From Octopus vulgaris (taxonomy: Eukaryota): a stretch of 64,000 bases of DNA. The DNA lies in contig OX597835.1 in assembly GCA_951406725.2 (NCBI GenBank), positions 11,780,001-11,844,000 of the forward strand. The letters are read 5' to 3'. A program made the translations under genes and the position numbers. This document shows, one piece after another, positions 40,840 to 55,539 of this stretch (positions within the stretch are counted from its first letter, which is position 1; every line of letters starts with the position of its first letter). A model generated the notes under the pieces. That model was given only the letters and a program-made list of their open reading frames with translations. It ran no database searches and was not told the origin of the DNA.

Positions 40840-40985
40840 AGGACATTCGAAACGAGATAATTCGAGAAGGGAACGAGTGGATCCGTGCAGTTTCCGAGTA
40901 GTATCCAAAAGATCAGAAAAGGCCACTCGGATGGGGATTCGATCTGGTCAAGCAATTTGTCTCAAGATGGAAAAAGATGATGCAG
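40840..40985 (+). mobile_element. Possible decayed RTE LINE C-terminal fragment
   Basis: WIRAVSE*YPKDQKRPLG resembles RTE W...EWYP...KRPRGRP. Confidence 0.4.
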
Positions 40986-42466
40986 TTTATATAGAGTTGG
41001 AAGCGCATTGTAACCAAAGGTGTATAATAACATCTGATGGTCTGGTCCAGCGCTGGATTAACCATTAAGCAAAATAAGCACGTGCTTGAGACATCAACGG
41101 ACAGGGGCACTACAGAAATGAAAATGGGTTACGGCACGAAAAGAATCACTTTAAATATGCTAAACTAATATTCGTAATGCCTTATCTCTGCTAAGTAGAG
41201 AAGCAGAAGCTTTATGTAAAATAAATTTTAAGGATATCATTGAAGACTTTGCAATTAAAAAAAAAATGAAGGAGGAAACTTTTCAAATATAAATAAAATG
41301 GAACCATTCACAAATAAACATTATTTTCTGTTTTGGGATTTGGTTTGCAAGATTCTTTATATGAGTTCGTGTGTTGAAGCATTATTTTTTCATTTTACTC
41401 TTAACTTTGCTTCATTTTGAAAAATAAAAATCTATTTTATGGTTTATTATCGTTTACATTTTGAACCATTTACATATGCTTGAGGGCACCAGGATCTTTT
41501 AAGTGCTCAGGGACTCTATGCGCCTTAATCCGGCTCTGGTCTGGACCATAGTGAGATACTGTGATATACACATACGCACATATATATATATATATATATA
41601 TAGTTACTCGTGCGTGTGCAAAAATGAAATTCGTTAAACTGTTTAGAATATTTATAAAAGAAATATATAAATAGATATATGCATATATAAACCATATTAT
41701 AATTTTAATGTGATATTTTTCATCCCGTCCACTTAAATGAATGGCTTTCAAGAAATTTATTCGGGTGTCAACAATATAAAGCCTGCTTTAGAATATTACA
41801 TTTTTCAACAAACGCAACAGGTATCTTTGAAATCTATTTACATACAGTCATGCGGTCTCCAAGTCGCTCACTATTAACAGTAAATTTTGTATTATTTTTC
41901 CAAGAAAGACATTTCTCTTAATTTAAAATTTTCCTTCGCTTCATTCAGTACAATATTTCTTAACTTATTTACATATTAATATGTATGGCGGTTATATCAA
42001 AATGTGTAGTCGGCAATTAGTTTGCTTCTGGGGATAATTTCCAAATTTGTAAAACTCATGTTGCATAGTTATGCATATATTAAACGAGAGTCTTCATTTT
42101 CATTCATGTTTATTTGAATTATTATTCCGAACGCATAATCTTTAAAGCTGTTTTGAAAAATATTCCAAATATTTTTACTAACCAGTGCGTTTTGAATTTT
42201 CTATATTTTGCAGCTTTCAGATTTCAGATATAGGTGAGAAAGCAAACTCTTACTGAATGCAGGAGCTCCTACCAAGGAGAAACGAGTCAAGTAGGAATAG
42301 TACGCAAACATTTATAAGCAATAGGGCAACTTATAAAAGTGAGTGGCACCACTCTCCTCAGCAAGCATTTTTTTATATATATATAATAGGATATGCTTTG
42401 AATAGTCCATTGTTTTAGTTCACTTCTGTAATTTTTTTCTTCCAGTTCAACCGAAGTAAGGAACGC

Positions 42467-42848
42467 GAGGCGCAATGGCCCAGTGGTTAGGGCAGCGGAC
42501 TCGCGGTCATAGGATCGCGATTTCGATTTCCAGACCGGGCGTTGTGAGTGTTTATTGAGCGAAAACACCTAAAGCTCCACGAGGCTCCGGCAGGGGATGG
42601 TGGTGATCCCTGCTGTACTCTTTCACCACAACTTTCTCTCACTCTTACTTCCTGTTTCTGTTGTACCTGTATTTCAAGGGGCCGGCCTTGTCACTCTCTG
42701 TGTCACGCTGAATATCCCCGAGAACTACGTTAAGGGTACACGTGTCTGTGGAGTGCTCAGCCACTTACACGTTAATTTTCACGAGCAGGCTGTTCCGTTG
42801 ATTCGGATCAACCGGAACCCTCGTCGTCGTAACCGACGGAGTGCTTCC
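42467..42848 (+). mobile_element. tRNA-derived SINE family A
   Basis: Full length; TSD AGTAAGGAAC at 42455-42464/42853-42862. Confidence 0.93.
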
Positions 42849-44081
42849 ATCCAGTAAGGAACAGTCAGTCCCAATCATCGATGGTTCAAATTCCTACTTC
42901 TCTGATCTTTCTCACACAAAAGTTCGAGGATTAAAAAAACATGTCAAAAAACTTCTTACTGTGTCACCGGTTCTTTCTGTCAGCCAGTTGTTCTGGTTCA
43001 GTTGTGGCTACCATAGCTGTAGTAGTTTTGGTGCCGATCTTGATTTGAAACTTAGTAGAAGATTAACTAACCCTGTCAACCAGTTTTATGGAACGCAACC
43101 GGTGACATAACTGTCAGGTAACTATCAGAATATCGAAAGTTATTTAATCGACGGCCTCTGAAACACACACACATACACCCGCACACATACACACGCACAC
43201 ACACACACACACACACAAATATACACAGACACACTCACACACACACCGATCAAGCGTGTTACTGAAACGAAATACTCTGTGAATTAATTGTATAGTAACT
43301 GCACTGTAATATATCTTCACTTGTCTTTATAAAGCATTTATATCGCTGTAAAATATCTTTAAATATATTGGTTACAGTTAGCTATCAACACTGCATCTTG
43401 TTTAAATGCTATATGATAAATAACGGTACCCAGCAGAATTCCGTCTCGTTTAAAGACGTCATGTGCATATTTTCCAATGAATCTTCTATAAATATAAACT
43501 AAGTTACCGGGTACTTTATCGAGGAGGGAAATGAAGTACAAAATACAATAAATTTAAGTCTGTGAGAGAAATGAAGCTATGTAACATTTTAGATATTTAT
43601 CGATGAAAGAAAACTTGGTGGGATCTTCAATTTACTTTCACATTTACGTATCATATAACATAAATCATTTGCATTCTGTCAAACCTATTCGAACACTCTT
43701 CATACTTCCGACCCGTTCCAGTAATTATACTGTTCATGATTTATTGAAAAGCATTATGGAAATACGAAGACAAACTTTATCGAATATTTTTGCTAACGAG
43801 TTTCTGTTCACTTTCCAAATGCATTCGCTTTTACTTTCGAATGAATGCGATTCCCTTACGTAACACAAGAAAAAAGAAAATATGGCCGACTTTGTGAAAG
43901 AAATGAAGATAATCATTCGCAAATGCCAAATAGCTTTGTGAATATCTCGAAATTGTACAGCCACTTTATACACATACATAGAGATTCAAAAGAGCAAACA
44001 CACAACACACTCACGCAGTATCTATTTCTCTTTCACTGGATGGAGTACTTTTCTTTTTGATCCTACTTCAACGGAACATTA

Positions 44082-44124
<43 letters not shown>

Positions 44125-44127
<3 letters not shown>

Positions 44128-44400
44128 GGTGCAGGGAATAAACTGTTGTCTAAATTGCGCAAAATTGAAAATAACTCTGACATCTCATTTTAACAGATAT
44201 ATCTACAAAAATTTCATTAAAATATCTCGAAATACTAAAGAGTAAATTTATTCAATCAAATCGCCATTGACTTCAACCACGGCCCCCCCAGACGACATCG
44301 GATTCTCCCGAAATTCTTCTGGACAGTCTCCTTGTTTAAGATGGTGAATGCTGCCATAATCCTTGACTTCAGATCATCTTTGGTGTTACAAGGTGTTACA
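44125..44400 (-). mobile_element. Tc1/mariner (maT-like) 3' end with one TIR
   Basis: TA|CAGGGTG terminus; PCNTKDDLKSRIMAAFTILNKETVQKNFGRIRCRL transposase C-terminus. Confidence 0.75.
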
Positions 44401-44571
44401 ACGAATGTTTTTTTTTTTTTTAATGCATGTAGAAAAATACAGACATTACGAATCCGGGAAATGATTTTTTTGTTAAGTTTAACTTTTCTGAAATTAATCA
44501 CTCAATCTATCGATACTCCATACCGCAAAATCGGTGACTCAGTTTTCGATTGCATAAGGAATATACGCACA

Positions 44572-44640
<69 letters not shown>

Positions 44641-44829
44641 GCACGCACAAACTCTCTTTTATATATATGGAAATGTCCTTTTCTGTCGCTCTCCCTATCT
44701 GTCTCTCACATTCTCTGTGTGTCTATCTCTTCCTGTTTCCTCCTCTTCCTTGGTATCAGTCAACCACATTATGCCACATTTCTTTGAACCTAACACTTTT
44801 GAACCCCTCTCATTTTATCATGTAATAGC

Positions 44830-45004
44830 CCAACACCCGTAGTTGGGTACATTATCGATTTTTATTGAAATCCAATTATCCTATAATTGAACAGGATGTT
44901 AGTTCAACATGTACACAAAGTTTTGTGAAAATTTGTTCCCTGATTTGGGCAGCAAGATGGTAACAGACAGACGGAGAGATAGAAATTGCCATTTATATAT
45001 AAGA
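44830..45004 (-). mobile_element. Probable 5' end of a non-autonomous Helitron
   Basis: Minus strand starts a|TCTTATATATAAA...GTCTGTCTGT, typical of invertebrate non-autonomous Helitrons; 3' CTRR end not located. Confidence 0.45.
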
Positions 45005-45127
45005 TATGTGTGTGTGTGTGTCACTGGTGTGTGTGTGCGCACGTGCGTGTGTATGTGTGCGAGCCTATGAGTTTATGTGTGCATGTGTGTGTGCATGTGT
45101 GTGTGCATCTATGTGCTTACCTGCGTG

Positions 45128-45160
<33 letters not shown>

Positions 45161-45197
45161 ACGTATGAGTGTGTGGGCGTATGTGTGTGTGCATGTA

Positions 45198-45277
<80 letters not shown>

Positions 45278-45544
45278 GTAAAACACAGCACAATGCACTT
45301 TACAAAAATAAAATAGTTTGATGGTATTTACCTGGTATTTCAATATTCTGCGAATGCCAAATTTTCTCAGAAGACTTCCTCAGGGACGGTTTCTACACTG
45401 CAAATGCTGGAGTGTCAGGTAAAACTAACAACCTTATGTTGTTTTTATTAATTGCGTTGGTTTGGCCTTTAAAATTATATAATATAGGTATATATAGATA
45501 TAGGTGTATAAATATATATATAAATACATATACATATATATACC

Positions 45545-45688
<144 letters not shown>

Positions 45689-45697
45689 AACACTAAG

Positions 45698-46148
<451 letters not shown>

Positions 46149-46439
46149 CTCGGTGTTATTGGTGAAGGAAGAGACTGAATTTGACGAGATTTTATCATCA
46201 TTCGTTCGATTTCTTTTTTTTTTCTTCTGGTAGCCTCAAACATTTGGGTTCCGATGGTGATGGAATACCGCCCGCTGATACAGTCCTGGGTTTGTGTTTC
46301 AGGTGATTTAGGCTCAAATCCAGTGGATTTCAGAGTTGTTTCAGTTGGCCCTTGTATCTTTGGAGAGGGAAACCCGTGGTCTTTTCACTGAAGTGAGGTA
46401 GGTGAGTAAGACTAAGCGTGGAACCTTGACTTTTCCATT

Positions 46440-46530
46440 CTTGCTACATGTTCCGACCATTGAGCTTCAATATGCTGATGACAACGCTACACTCTATCGT
46501 TCAGAAGAACTCCAACAGTCTATGAACAAT
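46440..46530 (+). mobile_element. Reverse transcriptase YADD fragment (RTE-like)
   Basis: IELQYADDNATLYRSEELQQSMN. Confidence 0.55.
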
Positions 46531-48715
46531 TCAAGTCTTAAAAGAGCAGAAACCGAATCCGGCAAACCGCAACAAAAATGGCGACTAGAGAAACAACTAC
46601 TTTCCAAATACCATGCACAAATATGCATAATACAACGATAATGATAGGAAGAACAATATATCAGCTGCACATTCAAGAACATTGATTAGCAGACGAAAGA
46701 AGAGTGTACTAAAAATACTGAAGAATCAATTTTGCGAAATATATTGAAGCGTTGCGGACTAACTTACGAAAATATACAAATCGTTCTACCAGAACGATGA
46801 TGGGATAAAAATTGGTTTTAAATCATGGAAAAGAATTGAAGACAGAATATAAAACATTCATAAGATAAATTGAGAAAGGAAAATCATATGCCGAAAGAAG
46901 TAGGAAAATCATATTCAATGTATCAAAGGCTCAAACTACTGTTTAATGATTTCAAAATGAGTGAAAGTGATGAGAAAAAAAGGGCCCTTCCAAAAATTAT
47001 AACATTGAGATTTTATTTCCAAAGAACTGAATGTCTTCAAAGACGTCTCTGAGTATTCTAAGAAATACGACTAAGATTCAAGTGGCTCAAAACGAAATCT
47101 TCTACTGGAGGAAACTCCCCAGGAACCTCTTTCAATAAAGTATTAATATTTCCAAGAGAACGTAGGACAGATTCGATAAATCAACTCAGAATTGAAGAAT
47201 AAGTGTTGGCAAAAATAGGCAAAACATCAACAGCCCTTCTCTCGATCAAATTAAGAGATACAAGGATATAATATGGCTACTGAACAAGATAAAATGGAGA
47301 CTGGTAATACTTCTACGAAAACATTAATCGATATTTTAAAAAATTAGTTAAGGGAGTGAAATTTACATGTACTTTTCCAGAAGGTGCACATTCCTGAAAT
47401 GAAAAGCGTATTTACAGAATTCTGCTGCAAACAAATCCTGACGAACCGTTTTTGGAAACTGAAAGTTATGTAGCTAGAAATGAAATTAATTGTTTTCTAC
47501 AGAAAGAAAAGGAAGTGCAAGTTACTTAAGATTTACTGTGAACACCTCATGAACATCCCGTTGAAATGATCGAAAGTAAAATCATAAAATCCAGTTTCTC
47601 AAAACAATGTTTAGTTCGTATAGGTAAAGAATCTGTACATAGGATAGGGGTTAGAAATCAATAAATAAAAATACGGGTCAAATTTTCCACCGTATGAAAA
47701 TAAAAGAAACCGTGATGTCTCTATTGGGAATCGAGAATGGTTTGAAAGCACAACAAAATATGTGTATGCTACTATGAGCACACTACCATTCCTCAGTTCC
47801 GTGACTAATATTTCTTGACAAGACAATTAATTAGTAATTTTACTTCAGATAACTAGCTTGAAAATCAATTAGGTGATCGATTGCTCTGATGTCATATGAT
47901 GCAATTACACTTGTGTTATTGAGTGGTGTGTATTGACATTCTCCAGTAGGTCAACCACAAGTTTTGTTGTTTGGATTTGAAGGACTGAAGCAAAATATAG
48001 AAAATTAGAGCAATGGAGTAGCATAACCATGAGAGCGCCGGAAACTGTGTTGTAGTATTTTGTAACTCTTCTTTATATTCTAAGTTCAGGTTCTGCTGAG
48101 GTCACCTTTTCCTTTCATCTTTCTGCATAAAGAAACAGTCAAGCACTTCTGATCGATTTTATTGACTATACCGTTCACTAAAATGTGATGAGTTGTATTG
48201 ATGCTAGAAATCAATGCTCCACATTCATTCCTAATGCCTGATAACGATTTAGTGTGATGGAAGCCATATTTTCTTTAGATATACTGTATTAGTATACATA
48301 TCAATGAAATGAAGAAATTTCAATAGTCACTATTTAATCGCTAGTAACATCTCACATTCTTTTGAATTATGAAATACAGGCTAATTTTGTGTAGGAGTTT
48401 ACGGAATTAGTAGCATACGAAATATCTGCAAGTAATATTAACTAAAATATTTGTTTTCTTTTTTTAGTTTAGTTTGCAAACCGTCTATTTGCTATACACG
48501 CCAACAATGGAGTCTCTACGAACCCGTTTGGACAGCTAGAAATACTAATGAGTCGCTTTCAAACTACACCATGCCATCTTAGAAAAAAGATCACAGTGAA
48601 TAATTGAATACTCCGTTCAATACACCTGAGAAAGGAATAGGATGTCGCGGCTGGAATACCAGCAATCATAAGGCTGACTTTGGGCTAAACAAGAGCAATG
48701 CTGTATTCATGTTAG

Positions 48716-48944
48716 GTGGCGAGCTGGCAGAAACATTAGCGCGCCGGGCGAAATGCTTAGCGATATTTCGTCTGTCGTTACGTTCTGAGTTCAAATTCCG
48801 CCGAGGTCGACTTTGCCTTTCATCCTTTCGTGGTCGATAAATAAAGTACCAGTTTCGCACTGGGGTCGATGTAATCGACTTAATCCCTTTGTCTGTCCTT
48901 GTTTGTCCCCTCTATGTTTAGCCCCTTGTGGGCAATAAAGAAAT
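48716..48944 (+). mobile_element. SINE family C, full length
   Basis: Near-identical to 23194-23426; diverged TSD atgct.tattc.atgt. Confidence 0.92.
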
Positions 48945-49204
48945 ATATATCCATGCTATATTCTATGTAAACGGTGGTTGCATTAATATATGGTACCGTT
49001 TCCTTCGTTGCATCTCCATGTTTGGTAAATCAGTGTTCTTTTGTGTAAAACACAGAACTTCAGTTTCTAGTAATTTAGAATCTTTCAGGCAATAATTTTT
49101 TCTGGTACACTTACAAGTGCTACAGCTCTAGCCTTGAGTCTAACTTTGGTTTAAAGAAAAGCAACAGCAGTACAACAACCACAACATCTCTGAGATGATC
49201 CAAC

Positions 49205-49790
49205 TCTATCTATCTATCCGCTCAGTCGAAGTCGACTCTCAGTGACTCGTTGGATGAGTGTCCTCTAGTCAGTTCTATCCTGGGCCGTTTCTTTCAGATT
49301 GGCTATGTCCATTCCGGTATCACTTTTGATGGTGTCAAGCCAGCGGGTTCTTGGTCGGCCTCTTCCTCTCTTGCCACTGACCATTCCGAGCATGATGTCC
49401 TTCTCCAGGGATTTTCCCCGCATAATATAACCGAAATATGCCAATCTGTGCTTGGTGATCCTAGCTTCTAGCGACATTTTCGGCATTATCTGCTTAAGAA
49501 CTTCTCCATTGGTGAGCCTCGCTGTCCATGGAATCCGTAAAAGTCTTCTCGAACACCAAAGCTCGAATGCATTAATTCTCTTCTGGTCAGCTTTCTTTAG
49601 TGTCCAGGTCTCGCATTAATATGTTGCTATTGGGAAGGCAATTGCATTCACCAATCTGCATTTGGGGAACCTGTAAGTGGCCAAGGGAATGGAAGAGGTC
49701 AGTTTTCATCCCAATACCAAAGAAAAGAGATACCAAGGACTGCGCAAACTACCGTACCATCACCCTGATCCTCCATGTAAGCAAAATTCT
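49205..49790 (-). mobile_element. RTE/BovB-like LINE 3' end with inverted upstream segment
   Basis: Minus 49617-49220: CETWTLKKADQKRINAFELWCSRRLLRIPWTAR...GKRGRGRPRTRWLD with (ATAG)n tail; plus 49620-49790: WPREWKRSVFIPIPKKRDTKDCANYRTITLILHVSKIL. Confidence 0.9.
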
Positions 49791-49989
49791 AAGTAAGTAT
49801 AAATATAACATAACGTATTCATGAAGTTTCCTTTCGGCAAACACAAATGTAATTTTAAAATAAGAGAAAACGCAACCAGGTACACCATTTCTTTCATCGT
49901 TATGAGCTCAAAGTGAGTGGTAGTGAGTCTGAGCTCCTGTAGGGAGAACGAGGCATAGTTTCCGATAGGTGCAGGAATGACTGAGAAAA

Positions 49990-50153
49990 GTGCAGGAGTG
50001 GCTGTGTGGTAGGTAGCTTGTTTACCAACCACATGGTTCCGGGTTCAGTCCCACTGCGTGGCACCTTGGGCAAGTGTCTTCTACTATAGCCTCGGGCCGA
50101 CCAAAGCCTTGTGAGTGGATTTGGTAGACGGAAACTGAAAGAAGCCCGTCGTA

Positions 50154-50184
<31 letters not shown>

Positions 50185-50399
50185 GCGTGTGTGTGTTTGT
50201 GTGTCTGTGTTTGTCCTCCTAGCATTGCTTGACAACCGATGCTGGTGTGTTTATGTCCCCGTTACTTAGAATAAGTAACCGATAGAATAAGTGCTGGGCT
50301 TACAAAAGAATAAGTTCCGGCGTCGAGTTGCTCGATTAAAGATGGTGCTCCAGCATGACCGCAGTCAAATGACTGAAACAAGTAAAAGAGTAAAGAGAG
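49990..50399 (+). mobile_element. SINE family B
   Basis: Well-preserved copy. Confidence 0.9.
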
Positions 50400-51082
50400 T
50401 AATAATGCTCTGAAGAATTGGAAGAAGTTGCCATGACAAATTGATGGACGGTAGTAGTTTTGTATAAGCTTGTGCATGAAGATATGAGTGTATGTGTGTG
50501 TGTGTGTGAATGAGTCCGTCTGTCTATCTGTGTCTGTGTCTCGGTGTGAGTGCATCTGTCTGTCTATCTGTGTTCCCATGTGTGTGTGTGTGTGTGTATG
50601 AGTCTGTCTGTCTATCTGTGTCTGTGTGTTTGTGAGTTTCGTCTGTCTGTCTGTCTATCTGTGCTTCCATGTTTGTGTATGTGTGTTCACGCATGCGCGT
50701 GTTTGCCATCAAGTCTCTACCCGACCATTGTTCTCTTCGGTCTCTTATAGCATTCTGATTGCATGAATATATCGACGTACTCAGATACAATACAGAGAGC
50801 CTCCACCGTCGCTTCTAGTAAATCACATAACAATACATATGAAATAAGTATTATCTACGTAATTATTATTTGATGAAAAGATAAAAAAGTTTTTAACCTC
50901 GTTATTAAGTTTCAATCACCAGTCTGAAAGAAATAATATATTTGACTTCGTTTAGGATTTTAATTGGAGTGATGCGTCGGAATGATGCGCCATTCGGTCG
51001 CCGAAAGAAGCTTCTTAGATTTCAAAAATATCACGCACATCAGAATTATATTTAAACGACTAACTAAAATCTAACGTTTTTC

Positions 51083-51552
<470 letters not shown>

Positions 51553-52141
51553 TACATTTTTGTAACTGCCTAAATATCTGTCTATCTAACAATCAATCTA
51601 TCAATTTATCTGTACTTCGGTCTATCAATCTCCTTCTATATACGCGTGTGAGGTGTTTATACGTATTCTACATACGTACATACACATACAGCCATACTTA
51701 CACGCATGCATATGCTTATCGACGTATGTATAATTTCCTTATGGTGGTATTTTGGAGTTATTAATTAGAAATTATTTATCTAGTCTAAGGCTATTTATGG
51801 ACAATATATATATCTTTTCGTTTTATTCCTTACCCTATTCCCCCTACCCTATTCCCCCCACCCAACGTTTTCAATTCTTCCTCCTCTCTTCTGCATCTCC
51901 TCTATGTAAAGTTTATCGCTGCTGCTACCACTACTACCACAATTGCTGCTGCTGCTGCTGCTGCTGCTACTGCTACTTTATTAAGCGTGGTTTCGTGTGG
52001 GACAACAGGAAATTGATGGATATATTCTTAATTCAGTATTTCAGGTTTTATGAAGTACAAATTCACGCTGAGACGTATGTGTTTATGTTGGCACATATAT
52101 ATGTATATATACATATATGCTCACACAAGTGCACACATGCA

Positions 52142-52216
<75 letters not shown>

Positions 52217-52260
52217 ATACGTACATATATATACCTACACATATATACGTATGTATATAT

Positions 52261-52382
<122 letters not shown>

Positions 52383-52628
52383 CAAATATATACAAACAAA
52401 AAAACACACCTATATATATATACCTACAAAAATAATATTTTTATAAACAAACCCGAAAGGCTTTGCGAGTTACGGAGAGAAAGCTATTATGGGAGACTCA
52501 TTTTTGGGTCATTTGTTTACATTTAAAAATTGTCGCCTTAAAATCGGAGATTAAATATCATTACGATATATATTACATACAGTCATTGCACTGTTATATA
52601 TATATATATATATAATATTATATTATTT

Positions 52629-52671
<43 letters not shown>

Positions 52672-52677
<6 letters not shown>

Positions 52678-53295
52678 GCGTAAGATATTTCAGGACAGAT
52701 TTATGTTTATTAAAAAAAAAACAGATATATAATAACAGATAATAACTTTAGTTATCGAAAAATGCTATCAGGAAAAAATAAACCTTCTCTTCTATAATGT
52801 TATTCAATAAAACCATCTTCAGCTTCAACATCTGCTTCTATATGAGATCTAAATCATCTACATGCTCGAATCAAGTGGTCCTGGTTCATTTCGAACATTA
52901 CTCTGACTATGGCAGCTTTCAAAGAATCTTTGGTGTTATGGGTGTGTTCATTGACCTCTCTCTCTCTCTCTCAGAACGATCCACATGTAATAGTCCAATG
53001 GTTTGAGATCTTGGGAATTAGGACGCCAGATGTTAGGAGTTATGTGATCATGAACATTTTCAGCCATCTATTCCTGTGTTACTAGAGCCACGTCTGATAG
53101 TGCATACACTGTCTGTCCAGGGCTTAACAATTATTTCCGGGACCTCAATGTAGATGGCAGTGTTAACTCTAAGACCTTGTGGAAAGAAGTAAATAAGCGT
53201 CACATGTCCTTCATTCGAAATTGCTCTATGCATCACACTTAGAACTTCAGAAGGGTCTGCATATAACCATCTATCATTTCTTCTGTTAACGTTTT
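52672..53295 (-). mobile_element. Decayed maT (DD37D-like) Tc1/mariner transposase, 3' half
   Basis: VNRRNDRWLYADPSEV..SNEGHV..FFPQGLRVN..YIEV..IVKPW and WRPNSQDLKPLDYYMW...HNTKDSLKAAIVRVM...HLIRAC; TIR-like TAGGGTG at 52672. Confidence 0.85.
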
Positions 53296-53312
53296 GATCT
53301 TAGTATTTAACA

Positions 53313-53760
53313 CACTCACTGGTAAAGTTTCCACTCATTTATTTACTTATCTAAACCTTTTCAATAGTTGCTGACTCTGTCCGTTATCCAAGGTGCGTTC
53401 TTTTTATTTGTTTGTGCGCATGTGTGTCTGTGCATACACATGTATGTATGTATGAATTTATGTATGTATGTAAGTATGCATACATATAAGTGTGTGTATG
53501 CATGTATACATGTATGTATGTGTATGCGTGTGTGCACAAACAAAAAGAACACAGATCGGATAACGGTCAGAGTTAACGACTATTGAAAAGGTGGCAAGAC
53601 GCATCGAAAATTTTAGGAAAAATAAATACGTAAATGAGTGGAATCTTTACTTGTGAGTGAGTTAAATAATAAGGCACTAAAAGAGAATGACTCCCTGTAG
53701 ACACAACCAAATATGCTTCAACACAGAACTCACATGAATCTTACAAACCAGAAACGAAAT
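53313..53760. mobile_element. Head-to-head inverted repeat element (family P4)
   Basis: 53313-53389 is the reverse complement (with a deletion) of 53558-53660; 53710-53752 matches 41335-41385 in reverse. Confidence 0.6.
53580..53616 (+). ncRNA. Possible hammerhead, U3-A8 variant core
   Basis: CTA-TTGAAAA-GGTG-gcaagacg-CATC-GAA-AATT-T-TAG; short stems. Confidence 0.35.
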
Positions 53761-54257
53761 ATTTAATAATAGTTTTATGAAAAAAATATAATTTGAGCAA
53801 AAGAAAATTTAAGAGAGATTGAATGAAATATTATAATTATCCCAAAACTCACGTGCCTTGAGAGAAATGCGTGGGCTCCGAACATCTTAGAACACTTAAT
53901 GCAGACTTTATGCATTTCGACTTCAAGTACGAAAGATATAGATTTTGATTTACGACATTTATCAATAAAATATAGCTGTGAGCCCAATCTCAAGTCGCTC
54001 TGTCAGAGTATGTAATAGATAATAAATCTCAATTAGATATTCATTAGCGTATACTGAAATCCATGAGCTGATTTCATCTCACACGACACTCTGCCAAGTA
54101 ACATCATGGTAAAGTAATACTTTTGAAATAACCTGAAATGAATTGTAAATTGCTTAGTAATTCCGGTGGAACTTCATGCTAATTACTAAAAATGCATAAA
54201 CTTGTTTCGAATCAGTAGCCTTCGTTGTTCCCTACTTCCTCACAGCATATAAAGTAA

Positions 54258-54636
54258 TTAGTTAGTTAGTTAATTTGGCTCAAAAGCAAATAGCAAGGCC
54301 ATGTAGGGGGACATGGAGTTAAGTACAGGGTGGTGTTCATGTAAAGAGTTCAGGCCACTTGAGGTCCAGGGAGGCTTTGAACAAAGCGGTCGTCGGCATC
54401 TTCACCATCTCGTCTGGCAGCTTGTTCCACGGATCCGCAACCCGGACGGAGAAAGCTCCTCTCCTTCGATTGAGATGAAATCGTCGCAGGTGGAGCTTTT
54501 CGGAATGACCCCGCAGCCGACGCTCCGGAGCAGGAGTGAAAAACAGCTCTTTCGAGAGGTTACACTTCCCGCTTATGATGTTGTGGGCGAGAATGAGATC
54601 ACCACGGCGGCGGCGTTTTTCAAGAGAATAAAGGTC
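54258..54636 (-). mobile_element. CR1-clade LINE 3' end
   Basis: Open frame DLYSLEKRRRRGDLILAHNIISG...RGHSEKL...RRGAFSVRVADPWNKLP...FKASLDLKWPELFT* (stop 54337-54339) and (ACTA)n tail. Confidence 0.88.
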
Positions 54637-54724
54637 AATATTAGTATTGTTTAAGTTACTGTGTAGGAATTTGAGTCAGAGCCTTCGAGAAACACGTTCC
54701 CTCTTTATGTACATATAGACTCTG

Positions 54725-55122
54725 GTGTAGCTGTATTGTAAGAGGCGTGTTTTCCAATCACATGGTTCCGGGATAAGTCCAGCTGCATGATGCTACATTG
54801 GGCAAGTGTCTTCTAGTATATTTTCGAACCAACCAAAGTCTTGTGAATGGATTTGGTAGACGGAAACTGAAAGAATCCTGTCATATAAATACGTATATAT
54901 GGGGGGTCTATTGCGTATGTGCTTGTTCCCTGTCATCCTTTGACAACCAGTTTCGATGTGTTTATGTCCCTGTAAAGTAGCGGTTCGACAAAAGATATCG
55001 ATAGAATAAGTAAAATGTTTTAAATCGATAAATACTGGGGTCGTCTCATTCAACTAAAAAAAAGCTTCTTCAAGGCGGTACCCCAGCATGGCCGCAGTCT
55101 AATTACTGAAACAAGTAAAAAG
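54725..55122 (+). mobile_element. SINE family B, decayed
   Basis: Homologous to 14983-15419. Confidence 0.82.
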
Positions 55123-55539
55123 ACAAAAAATAAAAGATACAATCTCCGATCGTTGAAATTTTAGCGGTCACTCACGCACAAAACGAAGGCTAATTGCGAC
55201 CATGTTTCCTTACTACCGTCAGATACTGCATTCAAGATATATAAGTACTTATTCTTATCATTTTGTGCAATATTTCCAGTTCTACAACAATTCACTACAA
55301 TCTATGGAAAGCCTACAATGTTTTCTGTCCCCGAAAAGGGTAGCCCTTTCCAGCTCTGTCAACTGCTTACATATTATCTGCTTCATTTTTATGCCAAAGC
55401 CGTTAAAAACAGTCAAGGACAACAAACATCACCCTTATTCTCATTGTCTTATTCCTATATCAGTCACGGTTCTAATAGAACCGAATTTACCCAATACCTT
55501 ACTCTTTCACGCGTCTCATCAGCGGTATTTGCCTTCGGG

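Noticed and set aside
46712-46752. CTGAAGA...GAAATATATT hammerhead candidate
   Set aside because: No stem I complementarity
55497-55527. Minus-strand CTGATGA...GAAA hammerhead candidate
   Set aside because: Stem III absent and stem I mismatched at the first pair
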